NCBI GenBank assembly: GCA_020721975.1
Contig: DYLR01000001.1
Span: 1-61,918, forward strand
Source of the DNA: Blastopirellula marina
GTDB lineage: Bacteria; Planctomycetota; Phycisphaerae; Sedimentisphaerales; UBA12454
Direction: 5' to 3'
DNA length: 61,918 nt
The number at the start of each line of letters is the position of its first letter. Position 1 is the stretch's first letter. Position numbers and translations under genes: made by a program. This document shows, one piece after another, positions 29,509 to 45,645 of the stretch. Below the pieces are notes generated by a model, which searched no databases, was not told the DNA's origin, and saw nothing but the letters and a program-made list of their open reading frames with translations.

Positions 29509-29793
29509 CTAAAATAAATCAATATGATAGTCCGGCTTTAACACCACAACAGCCTTTTTCCATGCCGGGGTATGTCCGTAAAACATGCCGCGGCGACGAG
29601 GTTTGCCCCTGCGGTTGGCCGTGCGGACTTCATCAACCTTTACGTTATAAAGACGCTCAACTGCGTTTTTAATCTGTATCTTGTTGGCTTTGCGGTGAAC
29701 CTCAAACGAATACGCACTTTTTGTCGAGGCAAAGTGCGTGCTTTGCTCGGTTATCAACGGCCTTATTACTATGCTGTAATCATCTAACTTCAT
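29509..29793 (-). CDS. rplW: 50S ribosomal protein L23
   Basis: IRPLITEQST..., KIQIKNAVERLYNVKV. Confidence 0.93.
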   Translation of the reverse strand: MKLDDYSIVIRPLITEQSTHFASTKSAYSFEVHRKANKIQIKNAVERLYNVKVDEVRTANRRGKPRRRGMFYGHTPAWKKAVVVLKPDYHIDLF

Positions 29794-29808
29794 TTTCGCA
29801 CCAGCCCG

Positions 29809-30441
29809 TTAAGCCTTGTTTTTGTTCATATCAACGACAGCCGCGAAGGCGTCTTTGGTAAAAAGTATTTTTTTTCGGCTGCATATATCCGCAGCATTCA
29901 AATCGGCCACCGGCATCAGAGCCGTCCGCGGCACGTTCCGCACCGATTTCCAGACGTTTTCGTCCCTTGTCGATGTTGCAACCAGACAACTTTTGTTTAT
30001 CCCCAGATTATCCAGTATCTTGGCAAAATCCTTTGTCTTCGGCGCCGCGAATTTCAGTTCGTCAATCACAACAACATCGGCGCTTTGAAGCTTCGCCAGA
30101 ATCGCCGAATTAGTCGCCAGTCTGCGCTGCTTTTGCGGCATATCCTGACGAAAGTCCCGCATCTGCTTGGCGTGTGCCATACCGCCGCCGCGCCGAATAT
30201 TGGTCCTTACCGTACCGGCCCTGGCGTTGCCCGTGCCTTTCTGGCGATACAGCTTGCGTGTTGAGCCTTCAACCATACCGCGGCTTTTTGTCGTTGCCGT
30301 GCCGACCCGCCTGTTGGCGTGATACATCACCAGCGCCTGTTTCAGAAGAGCCGTGCGAACCTTGCCGCCAAAAACTGACTCATCAACGCTGAACGTTTCG
30401 ACCTGCTGACCCTGTCTGTTATAAACGGCTAAATCTATCAT
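29809..30441 (-). CDS. rplD: 50S ribosomal protein L4
   Basis: KSRGMVEGSTRKLYRQKGTGNARAG..R...RRGGG. Confidence 0.95.
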   Translation of the reverse strand: MIDLAVYNRQGQQVETFSVDESVFGGKVRTALLKQALVMYHANRRVGTATTKSRGMVEGSTRKLYRQKGTGNARAGTVRTNIRRGGGMAHAKQMRDFRQDMPQKQRRLATNSAILAKLQSADVVVIDELKFAAPKTKDFAKILDNLGINKSCLVATSTRDENVWKSVRNVPRTALMPVADLNAADICSRKKILFTKDAFAAVVDMNKNKA

Positions 30442-30485
30442 TATATACTCTCAAAACCTGTTCAAGTCTGACCAAATGAATAATA

Positions 30486-31133
30486 TCAACCGACCGCGCT
30501 TTTGCCCGCCTTTACAATGACATAGCCGCCGTTGGGACCGGCAATTGCGCCTTTGATAACCAAAAGATTATTTTCCGCATCCACGCTGATAAGCTTATGA
30601 TTTTTTGTCGTAACCGTGCTGTGTCCCATGTGACCGGACATGCGCTTGCCCTTCTTGATATTTCCGCCGTGACCACGGTCGGTGCCGTGGCCGGACTGCG
30701 AACCGGGGGCCCTGTGTTTTCGCTCCGTTCCATGCGAGGCGGGAAAACCGCCGAAGGCATGTCGCTTCATCGTGCCGGCAAAACCCTTGCCTTTGCTGGT
30801 TCCAACAACATCGACTGTCTTTACTCCTTCAAAGCCCGCAACGGTTATCGCGTCCCCTGGTTTGCACTGCGGCTGTTTATCATTGAGCCGCCATTCGCGA
30901 ACAAACCGCTTTGCCATAGCGCCGGCTTTTTTAGCGTGACCTTCGGCAGGCTTTTTAACTCTCGAAGGTTTTACATCCTCAAAACCCATCTGTACGGCAT
31001 TATATCCGTCGCTCTGTGTGGTCTTGACCTGCAAAACGGTACAGGGGCCGGCCTGCACGACTGTTACCGGACAAATCCGTCCGTTCTCGTCATAAACCTG
31101 AGTCATTCCTATTTTTTTGCCCAGCAGCATCAT
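30486..31133 (-). CDS. rplC: 50S ribosomal protein L3
   Basis: LLGKKIGMTQVYDENG..PVTV., GKGFAGTMKRH.F.G. Confidence 0.95.
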   Translation of the reverse strand: MMLLGKKIGMTQVYDENGRICPVTVVQAGPCTVLQVKTTQSDGYNAVQMGFEDVKPSRVKKPAEGHAKKAGAMAKRFVREWRLNDKQPQCKPGDAITVAGFEGVKTVDVVGTSKGKGFAGTMKRHAFGGFPASHGTERKHRAPGSQSGHGTDRGHGGNIKKGKRMSGHMGHSTVTTKNHKLISVDAENNLLVIKGAIAGPNGGYVIVKAGKSAVG

Positions 31134-31210
31134 TTGTATTGCTACCTCTTAAACAATTATGCAAAAAAAACGCAATATCCTGATTTGTCGGACATTACGT
31201 CTTTGTATTC

Positions 31211-31525
31211 CTATGCCTTAATTTTAACGAACACTCCGGCAGGCACTACAAGCCTGTTGAGGGCCTCGACGGTGCGTGCGTTGGCTTCAAATATATCTAT
31301 TACACGTTTGTGAGTGCGCATCTCAAACTGCTCCCGGCTTTTTTTGTCAACGTGCGGACTGCGCAGCACGGTATATCTTTCCACGCGGGTAGGCAGCGGT
31401 ATCGGACCGCTTACACGGGCGTTGGTCCGGCGGGCCTGCTCGACAATTTCTTTGGCCGATGCGTCCAGCGACCGCGTATCGTATGCTTCCATTCTGATTC
31501 TGATTCTTTCTGTTTCTATTGCCAT
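31211..31525 (-). CDS. rpsJ: 30S ribosomal protein S10
   Basis: [14 protein letters not shown]...[29 protein letters not shown]. Confidence 0.95.
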   Translation of the reverse strand: MAIETERIRIRMEAYDTRSLDASAKEIVEQARRTNARVSGPIPLPTRVERYTVLRSPHVDKKSREQFEMRTHKRVIDIFEANARTVEALNRLVVPAGVFVKIKA

Positions 31526-31845
31526 CTTTTTCTGCTCAAAATGTCAATCAGCCCTTCAGGGCAGGCAAAACTTCTTCGCCCGTTTTATTTACCAAAAAAA
31601 TTCAAACAATTCCCCCCGTCAGACTGTCGGACAGCCTGAATTAACGCCGATAAAGCTCAGCGCTCAAAAAATTAGAAAAAACGCGTTAACCAACCTGATG
31701 CCCGGACAACTTAGTCCCGGCCTTCATCCCTGAAAAGCACATATCTTCGGATATGTAGATTCAGCCCAACTCGGAACGCACGGTTTCCTTACCATGCTCG
31801 CTGCGGCTGGTGAATCAAACCTTATAACACAATAATCGACCTGCG

Positions 31846-33921
31846 TCAATAGTCTGCCAGAATTTTTTTTGCAATTTGTTCCGGAACCCGTTCATAAGTA
31901 CACGGCTCCATTGAAAAAGTACCCCTTCCCGCCGTTGCCCCGCGCAGTTCACTGGAATAACCAAACATCTCGGCAAGCGGCACTTTGGAGTCAATTACTC
32001 GCATATTCCCGTGAAAATATGTATTCGTTACCATTCCGCGTTTGGCAATAATATTGCCCTGAACAGCTCCATAATTAGCATCAGGCACGATTATTTGTAC
32101 CTTCATTATCGGCTCAAGCAATACAAGACCGCCTTTTTGCAGGGCATCTTTTATAGCAATCCCGGCAGCCTGTTCAAAAGCCAGCTCCGATGAGTCAACC
32201 TGATGATATGAGCCGTCCAGTAAAGTAACTTTAATTCCGACAACGGGATAACCGGTCAAAAAACCAGAACTTAAAGCATCACGAACACCCGTTTCAACTG
32301 CCGGAATGTATTCACGAGGTATTGAACCGCCTATAATAGCATCAACAAATTCAATTTCATCTTTATAATGTCCGGTTTCATCTATGAGCGGTTCTATCCT
32401 GATAACCACGTGGCCGTACTGGCCGCGCCCGCCGGTCTGACGAATAAATTTACCCTCCTGCTCAACAGGAATAGTAATAGCCTCTTTATAGGCTACACGA
32501 GGTTTACCCACTTTAACATCCACTTTAAGGTCGCGGACAAGTCTGTGCTGAAGAATTTCAAGATGCAGCTCGCCCATTCCGCTGATTATGGTCTGGCCGG
32601 TTTCGCTATCCTGCTTAGTATGGAAAGTCGGATCTTCCTTGCGAAGGATTGCCAAAGCCTCCGACAGTCTGACCCTGTCGGCAGCGGTTTTGGGTTCAAT
32701 CGACATATCCATAACCGTTTTGGGGAATTCGATACTTGCAAGTGTCACAGGATGTTTTGTATCGCAAAGCGTATCTCCGGTGTAAACGCTCCTTGGGCCA
32801 ATGCACGCAACGATACTGCCGGCCTGTGCCGAGTCCAGTATTTCCCTGTTATTGGCGTGCATCTCAAAAATTCTTGTGATGTTTTCCTTTGTTCCCCTGC
32901 CGGCGTTCAACACTCTGGAACTGCTCTTTAGAACTCCCTGATAAATCCGCACAAAATATAAATCGCTGTGTTTGTCATTGACAATTTTGAAGGCAAGCCC
33001 GACAAATGGTTTGTCGGGATCACAGCTTACATGTATTTCTTTTTCCTTGTTTTGGGGGTCGTGGCCGACTATTACAGGTTTATCCAGCGGCGACGGCAGA
33101 TAACTGCAAATGCCGTCAAGCAGCCTCTGTACACCTATGTACCGCAAAGCCGAACCTACAAAAACAGGATTCAGCTTATTGGCCAGCGTGCCTTTGCGAA
33201 TCGCTCTGACAACAAGCTGCTGTTCAACCGGCTCGTCATGTACGTATCTTTTCATCAGGTCTTCATCAAACTCGGCTGCAAGTTCAATCATATCATGCCG
33301 CCATTTAGCAGCGTATTGTTTGAGATCATCCGGTATCTCACGATGCTCAAAACTTGCGCCGAGTTCCTCGGTCTGATAATAGACCGCCTTTTCATCTATC
33401 AAATCGATGATACCCTCAAATGTATTCGCCTCGCCGATGGGAATCTGTACGGTTATCGGCGTTGCAAGCAGTTTGTCGCAAATACTGCTGATGCACATTT
33501 CAAAGTCCGCACCGACCTTGTCCATTTTGTTAATGAAGCACAATACCGGCAGATTATATTTTTTGCCCTGCCTCCAGACCGTTTCGCTTTGAGCCTGTAC
33601 TCCCTCGCTTGCATCGAAGACGGCAACTGCTCCGTCAAGCACACGGAGCGACCTTTCCACCTCAGCGGTAAAATCGACATGTCCCGGCGTATCAATGAGG
33701 TTTATCGTATGGTCTTTCCAGGGACAGGTTGTCGCTGCGCTGGTGATGGTAATGCCGCGTTCCTGTTCTTCCTGAAGATAATCCATCACGGCTGTGCCTT
33801 CATGCACCTCGCCCATTTTATACGTTTTGCCGGTATAATACAGGATGCGCTCCGATACCGTGGTCTTGCCGGCATCAATATGCGCCATTATTCCAATATT
33901 TCGTATCTTTGATAAATCCAT
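31846..33921 (-). CDS. fusA: Elongation factor G
   Basis: MDLSKIRNIGIMAHIDAGKTT...DTPGHVDF. The start is set at the Met that does not overlap rpsG. The ORF track extends to 34008. Confidence 0.94.
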   Translation of the reverse strand: MDLSKIRNIGIMAHIDAGKTTVSERILYYTGKTYKMGEVHEGTAVMDYLQEEQERGITITSAATTCPWKDHTINLIDTPGHVDFTAEVERSLRVLDGAVAVFDASEGVQAQSETVWRQGKKYNLPVLCFINKMDKVGADFEMCISSICDKLLATPITVQIPIGEANTFEGIIDLIDEKAVYYQTEELGASFEHREIPDDLKQYAAKWRHDMIELAAEFDEDLMKRYVHDEPVEQQLVVRAIRKGTLANKLNPVFVGSALRYIGVQRLLDGICSYLPSPLDKPVIVGHDPQNKEKEIHVSCDPDKPFVGLAFKIVNDKHSDLYFVRIYQGVLKSSSRVLNAGRGTKENITRIFEMHANNREILDSAQAGSIVACIGPRSVYTGDTLCDTKHPVTLASIEFPKTVMDMSIEPKTAADRVRLSEALAILRKEDPTFHTKQDSETGQTIISGMGELHLEILQHRLVRDLKVDVKVGKPRVAYKEAITIPVEQEGKFIRQTGGRGQYGHVVIRIEPLIDETGHYKDEIEFVDAIIGGSIPREYIPAVETGVRDALSSGFLTGYPVVGIKVTLLDGSYHQVDSSELAFEQAAGIAIKDALQKGGLVLLEPIMKVQIIVPDANYGAVQGNIIAKRGMVTNTYFHGNMRVIDSKVPLAEMFGYSSELRGATAGRGTFSMEPCTYERVPEQIAKKILADY

Positions 33922-34001
33922 AAAATTTATTTCGTACGATGTGCGAAAAAAAACTGCCATAACTAAAACAACATCAGTTATGGCAGTCGAACTATCTAAT
34001 C

Positions 34002-34475
34002 TTACCACGCAAAATGTGCAAATGCCTTATTGGCTTCTGCCATACGGTGCACATTTTCACGGGTTGTCATTGCGCCGCCTTCTTTGTTATAGGCTTCCAT
34101 CAGCTCGGACGCCAGTCTGTCGCTCATTGCCTTGCCTTTTTTGGCGCGGGCAGATGCAAGTATCCATCGAAAAGCCAGCGACTGCTGTCTTTTAGGTTTC
34201 ACCGCCATTGGAACCTGATAACTTGCTCCGCCAACCCGCTTGGAGCGGACCTCAAGCTGCGGCTTGACGTTATTAACCGCAGTCTCGAATACCTCCAGCG
34301 GCGGCACATCTTTTATCTTCTCGACAATAATATCCATTGCGTCGTAGAAGATCCCCTGGACAACGCTTTTTTTGCCGTCCCACATCATAGCGTTAATGAA
34401 TTTTGAAACCAGTTTAGAATTAAATTTCGGGTCCGGTTTCTGAAATTCGTATGAAGCTGTAAACTTTTTCGCCAT
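34002..34475 (-). CDS. rpsG: 30S ribosomal protein S7
   Basis: Motifs [36 protein letters not shown]. Confidence 0.95.
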   Translation of the reverse strand: MAKKFTASYEFQKPDPKFNSKLVSKFINAMMWDGKKSVVQGIFYDAMDIIVEKIKDVPPLEVFETAVNNVKPQLEVRSKRVGGASYQVPMAVKPKRQQSLAFRWILASARAKKGKAMSDRLASELMEAYNKEGGAMTTRENVHRMAEANKAFAHFAW

Positions 34476-34565
34476 ATTTCACCTTTTTATAATCGCAGAT
34501 TGCACAGATTTACGCCGATTTAAACTTCATATATTCCATACGGCCGGCGCAATCTGTGATTTGTT

Positions 34566-34931
34566 TTACGCCTTCTTTGCGCCGTATTTGCTTCGGCCCT
34601 GCTTGCGGTTTTTCACGCCCGCGGTGTCGAGAATGCCGCGGATAATATGGTAGCGCACGCCCGGAAGGTCGCGTACCCTGCCGCCGCGAATCATAACCGT
34701 GCTGTGTTCCTGCAGGTTGTGATCGATGCCGGGAATATAGGCTGTTACTTCCGTACCGTTGGTGAGCCTTACACGGGCGATTTTCCGAAGAGCCGAGTTG
34801 GGCTTTTTGGGAGTCTGAGTTCTAACAATCAGACATACGCCCCGCTTTTGCGGACTGCCGCTGATATCGGAAATGCGTTTCTTTCCTTTTTTGCTTCTTC
34901 CTTTTCTTACTAACTGATTGATTGTCGGCAT
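34566..34931 (-). CDS. rpsL: 30S ribosomal protein S12
   Basis: [12 protein letters not shown]..., [24 protein letters not shown]. Confidence 0.96.
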   Translation of the reverse strand: MPTINQLVRKGRSKKGKKRISDISGSPQKRGVCLIVRTQTPKKPNSALRKIARVRLTNGTEVTAYIPGIDHNLQEHSTVMIRGGRVRDLPGVRYHIIRGILDTAGVKNRKQGRSKYGAKKA

Positions 34932-35012
34932 ATTATTTTACCTGTAAAATTAAAATTTAACGGCCACAAATTAACACTATTTTTTTGAAATCTGTAATCT
35001 TAAATCTCTTTT

Positions 35013-35037
35013 GTCAGCCCCGCGATTTATTCGCGGG
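35013..35037. repeat. REP-like module: TCAGCC word plus an 8-bp GC hairpin (CCCCGCGA tttat TCGCGGGG)
   Basis: Perfect 8-bp stem in the rpoC-rpsL spacer. The same module occurs at 56442-56466 and, degenerate, at 57838-57862. The shared flank ctgtaatctt is present at 34991 and 57791. Confidence 0.8.
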
Positions 35038-35062
35038 GTTTATCTTCAATCCAAATCCAAAA

Positions 35063-39340
<4,278 letters not shown>

Positions 39341-39369
39341 TCACTCCACAAATGGAAAATAGAAAATTG

Positions 39370-42300
39370 TCATAATCCCTTCATTGCCGCCGCAGGTGCG
39401 CCGAGTTTCCGTTTTTCAAGCTGAATGTTCAGGCCCAGCCCGCGAATTTCACTGCACAAAACATCAAATGATATGGGCGTACCAGCCTCAAGCGTGTTTT
39501 CGCCCTTTACCATTGACTCGTAAATTTTTGTACGGCCTTCAATATCGTCGCTTTTTACCGTAAGCAGTTCCTGGAGAGTATAAGCCGCTCCGTAAGCCTC
39601 CAAAGCCCAGACTTCCATTTCGCCGAACCTCTGGCCGCCGGTGCGGGCCTTGCCGCCCAAAGGCTGCTGGGTAATCAGACTGTACGGACCGGTCGAGCGG
39701 GCGTGTATTTTGTCGTCAACAAGATGATGCAGTTTCATCATATAGATGTAACCTACCGTTGCTTCCTGCTCAAAAGGTTCGCCTGTCCTGCCGTCGTAAA
39801 GTTTGGTCTTCAGCGATTTTGGAATCTGAACAAACAGCTCTTCCGCAGGAGGTGCTGTCTTTGTGCTTTCAAGCTCGTCCATACGTTTGCGGACATGGGC
39901 ATTGGCTTCTTCGGTAATCTGAATTATTTCCTTTTCAGTTGCTCCGGAAAACACAGGCGTAATCGCATGGAAACCAAGCACCTTTGCCGCCCAGCCGAGA
40001 TGCGTCTCAAGAATCTGTCCGACGTTCATACGGCTCGGTACGCCCAGAGGATTCAGACAGACATCTATTGGAGTACCGTCTTCAAGATACGGCATATCTT
40101 CCTGCGGCAGAATTCTTGCTATTACACCCTTGTTGCCGTGTCGGCCTGCCATCTTGTCGCCCATTGACAGCGTGCGCTTTGTGGCAACATATACCTTGAC
40201 CATCTCCAGCACGCCTGCCGGCAGTTCGTCGCCGTGTTTCATCTTTTCGATTTGCCGCTTGCCGGCCTGGCGCTCGCGCTCAATTCTCGGCATAAATTCC
40301 GAGACGATTTTTGCCGCCTGGTCGCGGCAATCGGCAGGCTTTATCCAGTCAACACTGAAATTGCTTATCTGCTCAAGAAGAACATCCACATCCTCGCTGG
40401 CGCCGACTTTCTGGCGGGTGGCCGGGTCGACAATGGTAATCCTGAACTGCTCGCAAATCTTATCTATCATCTGCTTAAAAATCGTACACTGTTTTTGCAG
40501 AGACTGCTGTTCAACATCCTTCATCTGCTGCTTATGTTTGCGTTTTTGTTCTTCGGTGCCTGTGCCGTGGCGGGTAAAACGCTTTGTCTTTATAACCACG
40601 CCGTTATAACCTGCCGGAACTTCCAGCGAATCATTTTTAACATCTTCGCCGGCCCTGCCGAATATCGCGTGCAGCAGCTTTTCCTCGGGCGTAAGCTCGG
40701 TTTTGCTCTTTGGAGACACCTTGCCGACGAGAATATCACCCGGCTCAACCCTGGTTCCTTCGCGAACAATGCCTTCCTCATCGAGATTTCTCAGCGCCTT
40801 TTCGCCGACGTTGGGAATATCTCTCGTAAATTCCTCGCGTCCAAGTTTTGTCTCGCGAACTTCAACGCTGAACTCGTCTATATGTATGCTGGTAAATACA
40901 TCGTCTCTGACAAGTCTTTCGCTTATGAGAATCGCATCCTCAAAATTGAATCCGTCAAACGGCACAAACGCCGCGAGTACATTTTTGCCGAGAGCAAAAA
41001 TGCCGTTGCTGGTGCCGCCGCCGTCGGCGATAATGTCGCCCTTTTGAACTTTCTGACCGAGTTTTACTATCGGCTCCTGATTGAGACACGTTCTTTCATT
41101 TAATCCGACAAATTTTTCCAGGATGTATTCGTCAGTGTCGTCGATAATTATATGCTTTGCATCAACTGCGGTAACTGTGCCGCTTCTGTTTGCACGGATA
41201 ACCATCGACGAATTTTTAGCCACTTCCACTTCCATACCCGTGCCCACAAGAGGCCCTTCCGATTTAACCAGAGGCACGGCCTGACGCATCATATTGGAAC
41301 CCATCAGCGCACGGTTGGCGTCGTCGTGTTCAAGGAACGGAATACACGCTGCCGATACGCCGATTATCTGCTTGGGAGAAATATCGACGTAATTGACTTC
41401 TTTACTGTCAACCTGGGCCAGTTCGCCGAATTTCCTGGCCAACACCATACCGTCGCGCAGCTTATTAGTGCCGTATTCTATCGCCCCAGGCGGGGCAAAG
41501 ATAACGTCCATTTCCTCATCCGCGCGCAGATATTTTACCTGTCCGGTGAGTTTGCCGTCTTTTACCTCGCGGTAAGGCGTAAGCAAAAAGCCGTAATCAT
41601 CGACTTTGGCAAAAATGCTCAATGATGCGATAAGGCCGATATTCGTGCCTTCAGGCGTTTCAATCGGACAGATTCTGCCGTAATGACTGATATGAACGTC
41701 GCGGACCTCAAAGCCCGCACGCTTTCTGTTCAAACCGCCGGGGCCTAAGGCCGAAAGTCTTCTTTCATGGGTAAGCTGACTTAAACCGTTGGTCTGGTCA
41801 ACCACCTGACTAAGCTCGCCCCGGCCGAAGAAATACTCGATGCTGCTTGAAACGCTTTTGCTGTTGACAAGGTCTGCGATACGGGCAACCTGGTCGGGGT
41901 CTTTCATGCTCATGCGTTCCTGCACGGTTCGGCGCAGTTTCAGCAGCCCCTTGCGTATTTCGTCGGATGCAAGTTCGTCTATCGTACGCAGACGCCTGTT
42001 GCCCAGGTGGTCGATGTCGTCCACCTGACCTTCATTATTGCGCAGATTAAGGATGTACTGTATAATGCCGACGAAATCCTCAAGCCGCAGCGCCATATCG
42101 TTTTCATCAACATTTTGATTAAACTTTCTGTTGATGCGGAACCGTCCGACTTTGCCGAGACGATAGCGATTGGTGTCGAAGAACTTTTCATGGAACAGCG
42201 TTTTGGCTTTTTCAAGATTCGGCGGATTGCCGGGACGCAGCCTTGCATAAAGTTTCAAAAGAGCCGTTTCGTGATTTTCGCAGTCATCGTCGGCCACGGT

Positions 42301-43140
42301 GTTAAGTATCAGCATATCACGCGGATTTGCTACAACCTCGATTTGGTCAAGGCTGCTTGCCTGTATCTGTCCGACTCTGTCGCCAAGCTGGGTGCCTGCC
42401 TCGACAAATATTTCGCCCGACCCTGTATCAACTATCTGTCCGACAGCCCACATATTGGGCTTAAGTTTATCGACGGGCATCATTTTGGTTTCATAGAAAT
42501 GCCGCAAAATGCTTTCGGTTGTACCGAATTTTTCGTCCATCGCCCGAAGGAACATTGTGGCCGGTATCTTGCTCGACTGGTCGATTCTGACCACAAGCTG
42601 GTCCTTTTTGGTAACGGCTATTTCAATCCAGCTTCCGCGTTCCGGTATAATTCTGCCGCCGTGCAGAACTCTGTCGCCTTCCTTGCTTTCAATAAGAAAG
42701 TCAACGCCCGGCGAGCGGTGGAGCTGATTGACAATGACGCGTTCGGCTCCATTAATAATAAACTCGCCGCCGCCTATCATAACCGGTATTTCGCCCAGAT
42801 AAACGGCCTGTTCGGACATATCCTGGCCGTCCTTGCGGACAAGTCTGCAATGTATTTTCAGCGGATAGCCGTAGGTAAGCCTCAGCTGTCTGCATTCGGT
42901 TGGATTATATCGCGGGGGGTCAAGCTCATAACCCATATATTCGAGGTGCATAGACCTGTCGTAGCTTTCGATTGGAAATATCTCCCGCATCAGTCCTTCA
43001 AGCCCCGTCGGCTCCCTGCGGTCATACGGCACGTCAATCTGCAGAAAACGCGCATAGCTCCTGCGCTGTACCTCGATAAGATCGGGTACTTCAATTGCAT
43101 CCGGCATCTTGCCGAAATCGCGATAGACTGGTGAAATCAT
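39370..43140 (-). CDS. rpoB: DNA-directed RNA polymerase beta subunit
   Basis: 1256 aa. Motifs [57 protein letters not shown]. Confidence 0.97.
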   Translation of the reverse strand: MISPVYRDFGKMPDAIEVPDLIEVQRRSYARFLQIDVPYDRREPTGLEGLMREIFPIESYDRSMHLEYMGYELDPPRYNPTECRQLRLTYGYPLKIHCRLVRKDGQDMSEQAVYLGEIPVMIGGGEFIINGAERVIVNQLHRSPGVDFLIESKEGDRVLHGGRIIPERGSWIEIAVTKKDQLVVRIDQSSKIPATMFLRAMDEKFGTTESILRHFYETKMMPVDKLKPNMWAVGQIVDTGSGEIFVEAGTQLGDRVGQIQASSLDQIEVVANPRDMLILNTVADDDCENHETALLKLYARLRPGNPPNLEKAKTLFHEKFFDTNRYRLGKVGRFRINRKFNQNVDENDMALRLEDFVGIIQYILNLRNNEGQVDDIDHLGNRRLRTIDELASDEIRKGLLKLRRTVQERMSMKDPDQVARIADLVNSKSVSSSIEYFFGRGELSQVVDQTNGLSQLTHERRLSALGPGGLNRKRAGFEVRDVHISHYGRICPIETPEGTNIGLIASLSIFAKVDDYGFLLTPYREVKDGKLTGQVKYLRADEEMDVIFAPPGAIEYGTNKLRDGMVLARKFGELAQVDSKEVNYVDISPKQIIGVSAACIPFLEHDDANRALMGSNMMRQAVPLVKSEGPLVGTGMEVEVAKNSSMVIRANRSGTVTAVDAKHIIIDDTDEYILEKFVGLNERTCLNQEPIVKLGQKVQKGDIIADGGGTSNGIFALGKNVLAAFVPFDGFNFEDAILISERLVRDDVFTSIHIDEFSVEVRETKLGREEFTRDIPNVGEKALRNLDEEGIVREGTRVEPGDILVGKVSPKSKTELTPEEKLLHAIFGRAGEDVKNDSLEVPAGYNGVVIKTKRFTRHGTGTEEQKRKHKQQMKDVEQQSLQKQCTIFKQMIDKICEQFRITIVDPATRQKVGASEDVDVLLEQISNFSVDWIKPADCRDQAAKIVSEFMPRIERERQAGKRQIEKMKHGDELPAGVLEMVKVYVATKRTLSMGDKMAGRHGNKGVIARILPQEDMPYLEDGTPIDVCLNPLGVPSRMNVGQILETHLGWAAKVLGFHAITPVFSGATEKEIIQITEEANAHVRKRMDELESTKTAPPAEELFVQIPKSLKTKLYDGRTGEPFEQEATVGYIYMMKLHHLVDDKIHARSTGPYSLITQQPLGGKARTGGQRFGEMEVWALEAYGAAYTLQELLTVKSDDIEGRTKIYESMVKGENTLEAGTPISFDVLCSEIRGLGLNIQLEKRKLGAPAAAMKGL

Positions 43141-43174
43141 CGCACACTCCCGAAATAAAACAAACCGAGTTAAA

Positions 43175-43585
43175 TTATTTAAGCTCTACCGTGGCGCCTG
43201 CGCCTTCAAGTTTCTTTTTGGCCTCTTCAGCCTGAGCCTTTGGCGCGTTTTCAAGCACTGTCTTCGGGGCGCCTTCAACAAGGTCTTTGGCTTCCTTCAG
43301 CCCTAAATTTGTCAATGCCCTTACTTCCTTGATAATAGCAATCTTTTTGTCTGCCGCTGCAGCCTTAAGTATTACATTAAAGCTGGTCTTTTCCTCAGCG
43401 GCAGCCGCTGCTGCTCCGCCGCCCGCGGCGGGACCTGCAACCATAACCGCACCGCCTGCGGCAGGTTCAATACCATGTACTTCTTTAAGATAATCGCCGA
43501 GTTCCTTGGCCTGCATCAGCGTCAAAGCCACTATCTTGTCGCCGAGTTCCTTCACAATTGCCGACCATTCTTTGTTTTCCGACAT
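43175..43585 (-). CDS. rplL: 50S ribosomal protein L7/L12
   Basis: Ala-rich hinge, then C-terminal domain [24 protein letters not shown]. Confidence 0.95.
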   Translation of the reverse strand: MSENKEWSAIVKELGDKIVALTLMQAKELGDYLKEVHGIEPAAGGAVMVAGPAAGGGAAAAAAEEKTSFNVILKAAAADKKIAIIKEVRALTNLGLKEAKDLVEGAPKTVLENAPKAQAEEAKKKLEGAGATVELK

Positions 43586-43727
43586 TTTATCAACTCCAGA
43601 TTTTCAACTGTTTTTCAGTAGCCGAATCTACGCCGATTCGTTTAATCCTCGCGGTGCAACCTCAAAACAAATAATAATTTTCAACCCTGTCAATTTCGCT
43701 GCGGCCTTTGCAAACTTTCGGTCGATT

Positions 43728-44258
43728 TTATGCAGCCGCCTTTTCCAGTTTTTCAACAAGCGATTTTATGCAGCCTGCGATATTTCCGGCAGGAGCGGCA
43801 ATCGCCCCGGCCAGGCGTTTGCCCGGCGACATTGCAAGCATCGGCACTTCGCCGAGCAGTTCGGCCCTGCTCTTCATCTTGGACAACTCTTTGGCCGCCT
43901 GTGCATCAAGAACAGTGCCGTCAAGATATGCGCCGCTGAACTGTATGGAATCGAATTTACCGGTCCAGGTTATAAGTTCCTTGGCCGCATCCACCAGGCT
44001 GTCGCCGCCCCAGATTACCGTACGCGGCCCTGCTGCGAACAGGTCCGCTGCGTTTTTCATACCCAGCGCAAGCAGCGCTATCCGCATGGCCGAGTTTTTG
44101 ACCGTCATCATGTGAATGCCTTTTTGCTTCAGCGCACCGCGCATCCTGTTGTTGTTAATGCCGTCCAGACCGCTTATTGACACAACAATAAATTCACCGA
44201 CTTGCTGAAAATCCTTCTTCAGACTTTCTACCATCAGGTTCTTTACATATTTACTCAT
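43728..44258 (-). CDS. rplJ: 50S ribosomal protein L10
   Basis: 176 aa directly upstream of rplL. Has MRGALKQKGIHMMTVKNS. Confidence 0.9.
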   Translation of the reverse strand: MSKYVKNLMVESLKKDFQQVGEFIVVSISGLDGINNNRMRGALKQKGIHMMTVKNSAMRIALLALGMKNAADLFAAGPRTVIWGGDSLVDAAKELITWTGKFDSIQFSGAYLDGTVLDAQAAKELSKMKSRAELLGEVPMLAMSPGKRLAGAIAAPAGNIAGCIKSLVEKLEKAAA

Positions 44259-44296
44259 AATATCTGCCTTTATCCTTCTATATTAGGATGTTATTG

Positions 44297-44992
44297 TTAC
44301 TGCACTTCCCCAACATCAACCAGCACCGACGGACTCATCGTTGCCGATAAAGCTACTTTTTTAATATAAGTACCCTTTGCACTGGTCGGTTTGAGCTTTT
44401 TGATGTTGGCTATAAACGCCGAGATATTATCGCAAAGCTGCTTTTCGTCAAAACTCTGCTTTCCGACAACCGCATGAACATTGCCGTTGGCGTCGTTGCG
44501 AAACTCAACCTTGCCTGCTGCAAATTCCTTCACAGCCGTTGCCAAATCCGCCGTTACAGTGCCGTTCTTCGGCGATGGCATTTTACCCTGCGGGCCGAGA
44601 ACCTTGCCGAGTTTGCCGACCTTGCCCATCAGTTTCGGATGAGCAATTGCCACATCAAAATCAGTCCATCCGCCGGCAACCTTCTGCACCAGTTCGTCGC
44701 CGCCGACATCCGATGCCCCGGCTTCCTTTGCCGCGGCTGCTTCGGAATCGTCGCAAAAGACGATGACCTTCTTGCTTTTGCCGATACCGTGCGGCAGAGA
44801 TATTGTGCCGCGAATGAGCTGATCGCTTTGTTTGGGGTCGATGCCCAGATGCATCGCTATTTCAATGCTCTGGTCAAATTTTACCCTGCTGAATGACTTG
44901 AGTTTTTTTACCGCCTCGGCCAGCGGTACCGCCTGAGGTTTCAGCCCTTTGGCGTCCTTGTCATACCTTTTACTATGCAATATTTTTGCCAT
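44297..44992 (-). CDS. rplA: 50S ribosomal protein L1
   Basis: MAKILHSKRY..., FDQSIEIAMHLGIDPK, GTISLPHG. The start is taken at the second MAK Met, where the ORF track gives 45046. Confidence 0.93.
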   Translation of the reverse strand: MAKILHSKRYDKDAKGLKPQAVPLAEAVKKLKSFSRVKFDQSIEIAMHLGIDPKQSDQLIRGTISLPHGIGKSKKVIVFCDDSEAAAAKEAGASDVGGDELVQKVAGGWTDFDVAIAHPKLMGKVGKLGKVLGPQGKMPSPKNGTVTADLATAVKEFAAGKVEFRNDANGNVHAVVGKQSFDEKQLCDNISAFIANIKKLKPTSAKGTYIKKVALSATMSPSVLVDVGEVQ

Positions 44993-45151
44993 AACCAGTA
45001 CTCCGCGAAAAAATATTATTCTTCGCTCCCACTTTGATTTCGCCACAAACGAAACCGGCCGTGGTCAGCTGCAAATAAACCTGAAACTAAAAATTCAAAA
45101 GGAAATTTACTTTTTATTTTTTATTTATAGCTTTTACTTTTAACTTTTTAC

Positions 45152-45580
45152 TTATCCTTCAACTACTTCGATTCCCATCGACCTTGCGGTACCTTCGATG
45201 ATTTTGCCGGCCTGGTCAATATCATGGGCGTTAAGGTCTTTTATTTTTGTCTGGGCTATTTTTTTTATCTGGCTTTTGGTTACCTTGCCGACCTTATTTG
45301 TGTTTGGTTCGCCAGAACCTTTTTCAAGACCCGCCTCTTTCAGCAGCAGTACGGCAGCCGGCGGACTTTTGATAATGAAATCAAAAGACCTGTCGGCATA
45401 AACCGAAATTTCCACCGGCACAATCATACCGTTATAACTTGCCGTGGCAGCGTTGAACTGCTGAACAAACTGACCGATGTTTACGCCGTGCTGACCGAGA
45501 GCCGGACCAATAGGCGGAGCAGGCGTGGCTTTGCCGCCCGGCGCCTGTAATTTAATCTTTGTCTTTAATTCCTTGGCCAT
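45152..45580 (-). CDS. rplK: 50S ribosomal protein L11
   Basis: [35 protein letters not shown]... The start is taken at MAKE, where the ORF track gives 45643. Confidence 0.94.
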   Translation of the reverse strand: MAKELKTKIKLQAPGGKATPAPPIGPALGQHGVNIGQFVQQFNAATASYNGMIVPVEISVYADRSFDFIIKSPPAAVLLLKEAGLEKGSGEPNTNKVGKVTKSQIKKIAQTKIKDLNAHDIDQAGKIIEGTARSMGIEVVEG

Positions 45581-45645
45581 TATCAACCTCAATATATAAA
45601 AACACGCCCGCTTTGCCGCCGATTGTCGAACGGCTGCAGGCAAGC

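Noticed and set aside
31526-31845. Possible tuf pseudogene remnant between fusA and rpsJ.
   Set aside because: There is no EF-Tu-like peptide (GHVDHGKT etc.) in any frame that I could read. The only ORFs are short shadows extending from rpsJ antisense. An intact tuf exists at 47035-48249.
33922-34008. N-terminal 29-codon extension of the fusA ORF ([13 protein letters not shown]...).
   Set aside because: It overlaps the 3-prime end of rpsG, and EF-G homology begins at MDLSKIRNIGIMAHIDAGKTT. Similar upstream extensions of the map, rplA, rplK, rpsM, infA, rnfD-like and AKR ORFs were trimmed for the same reason.
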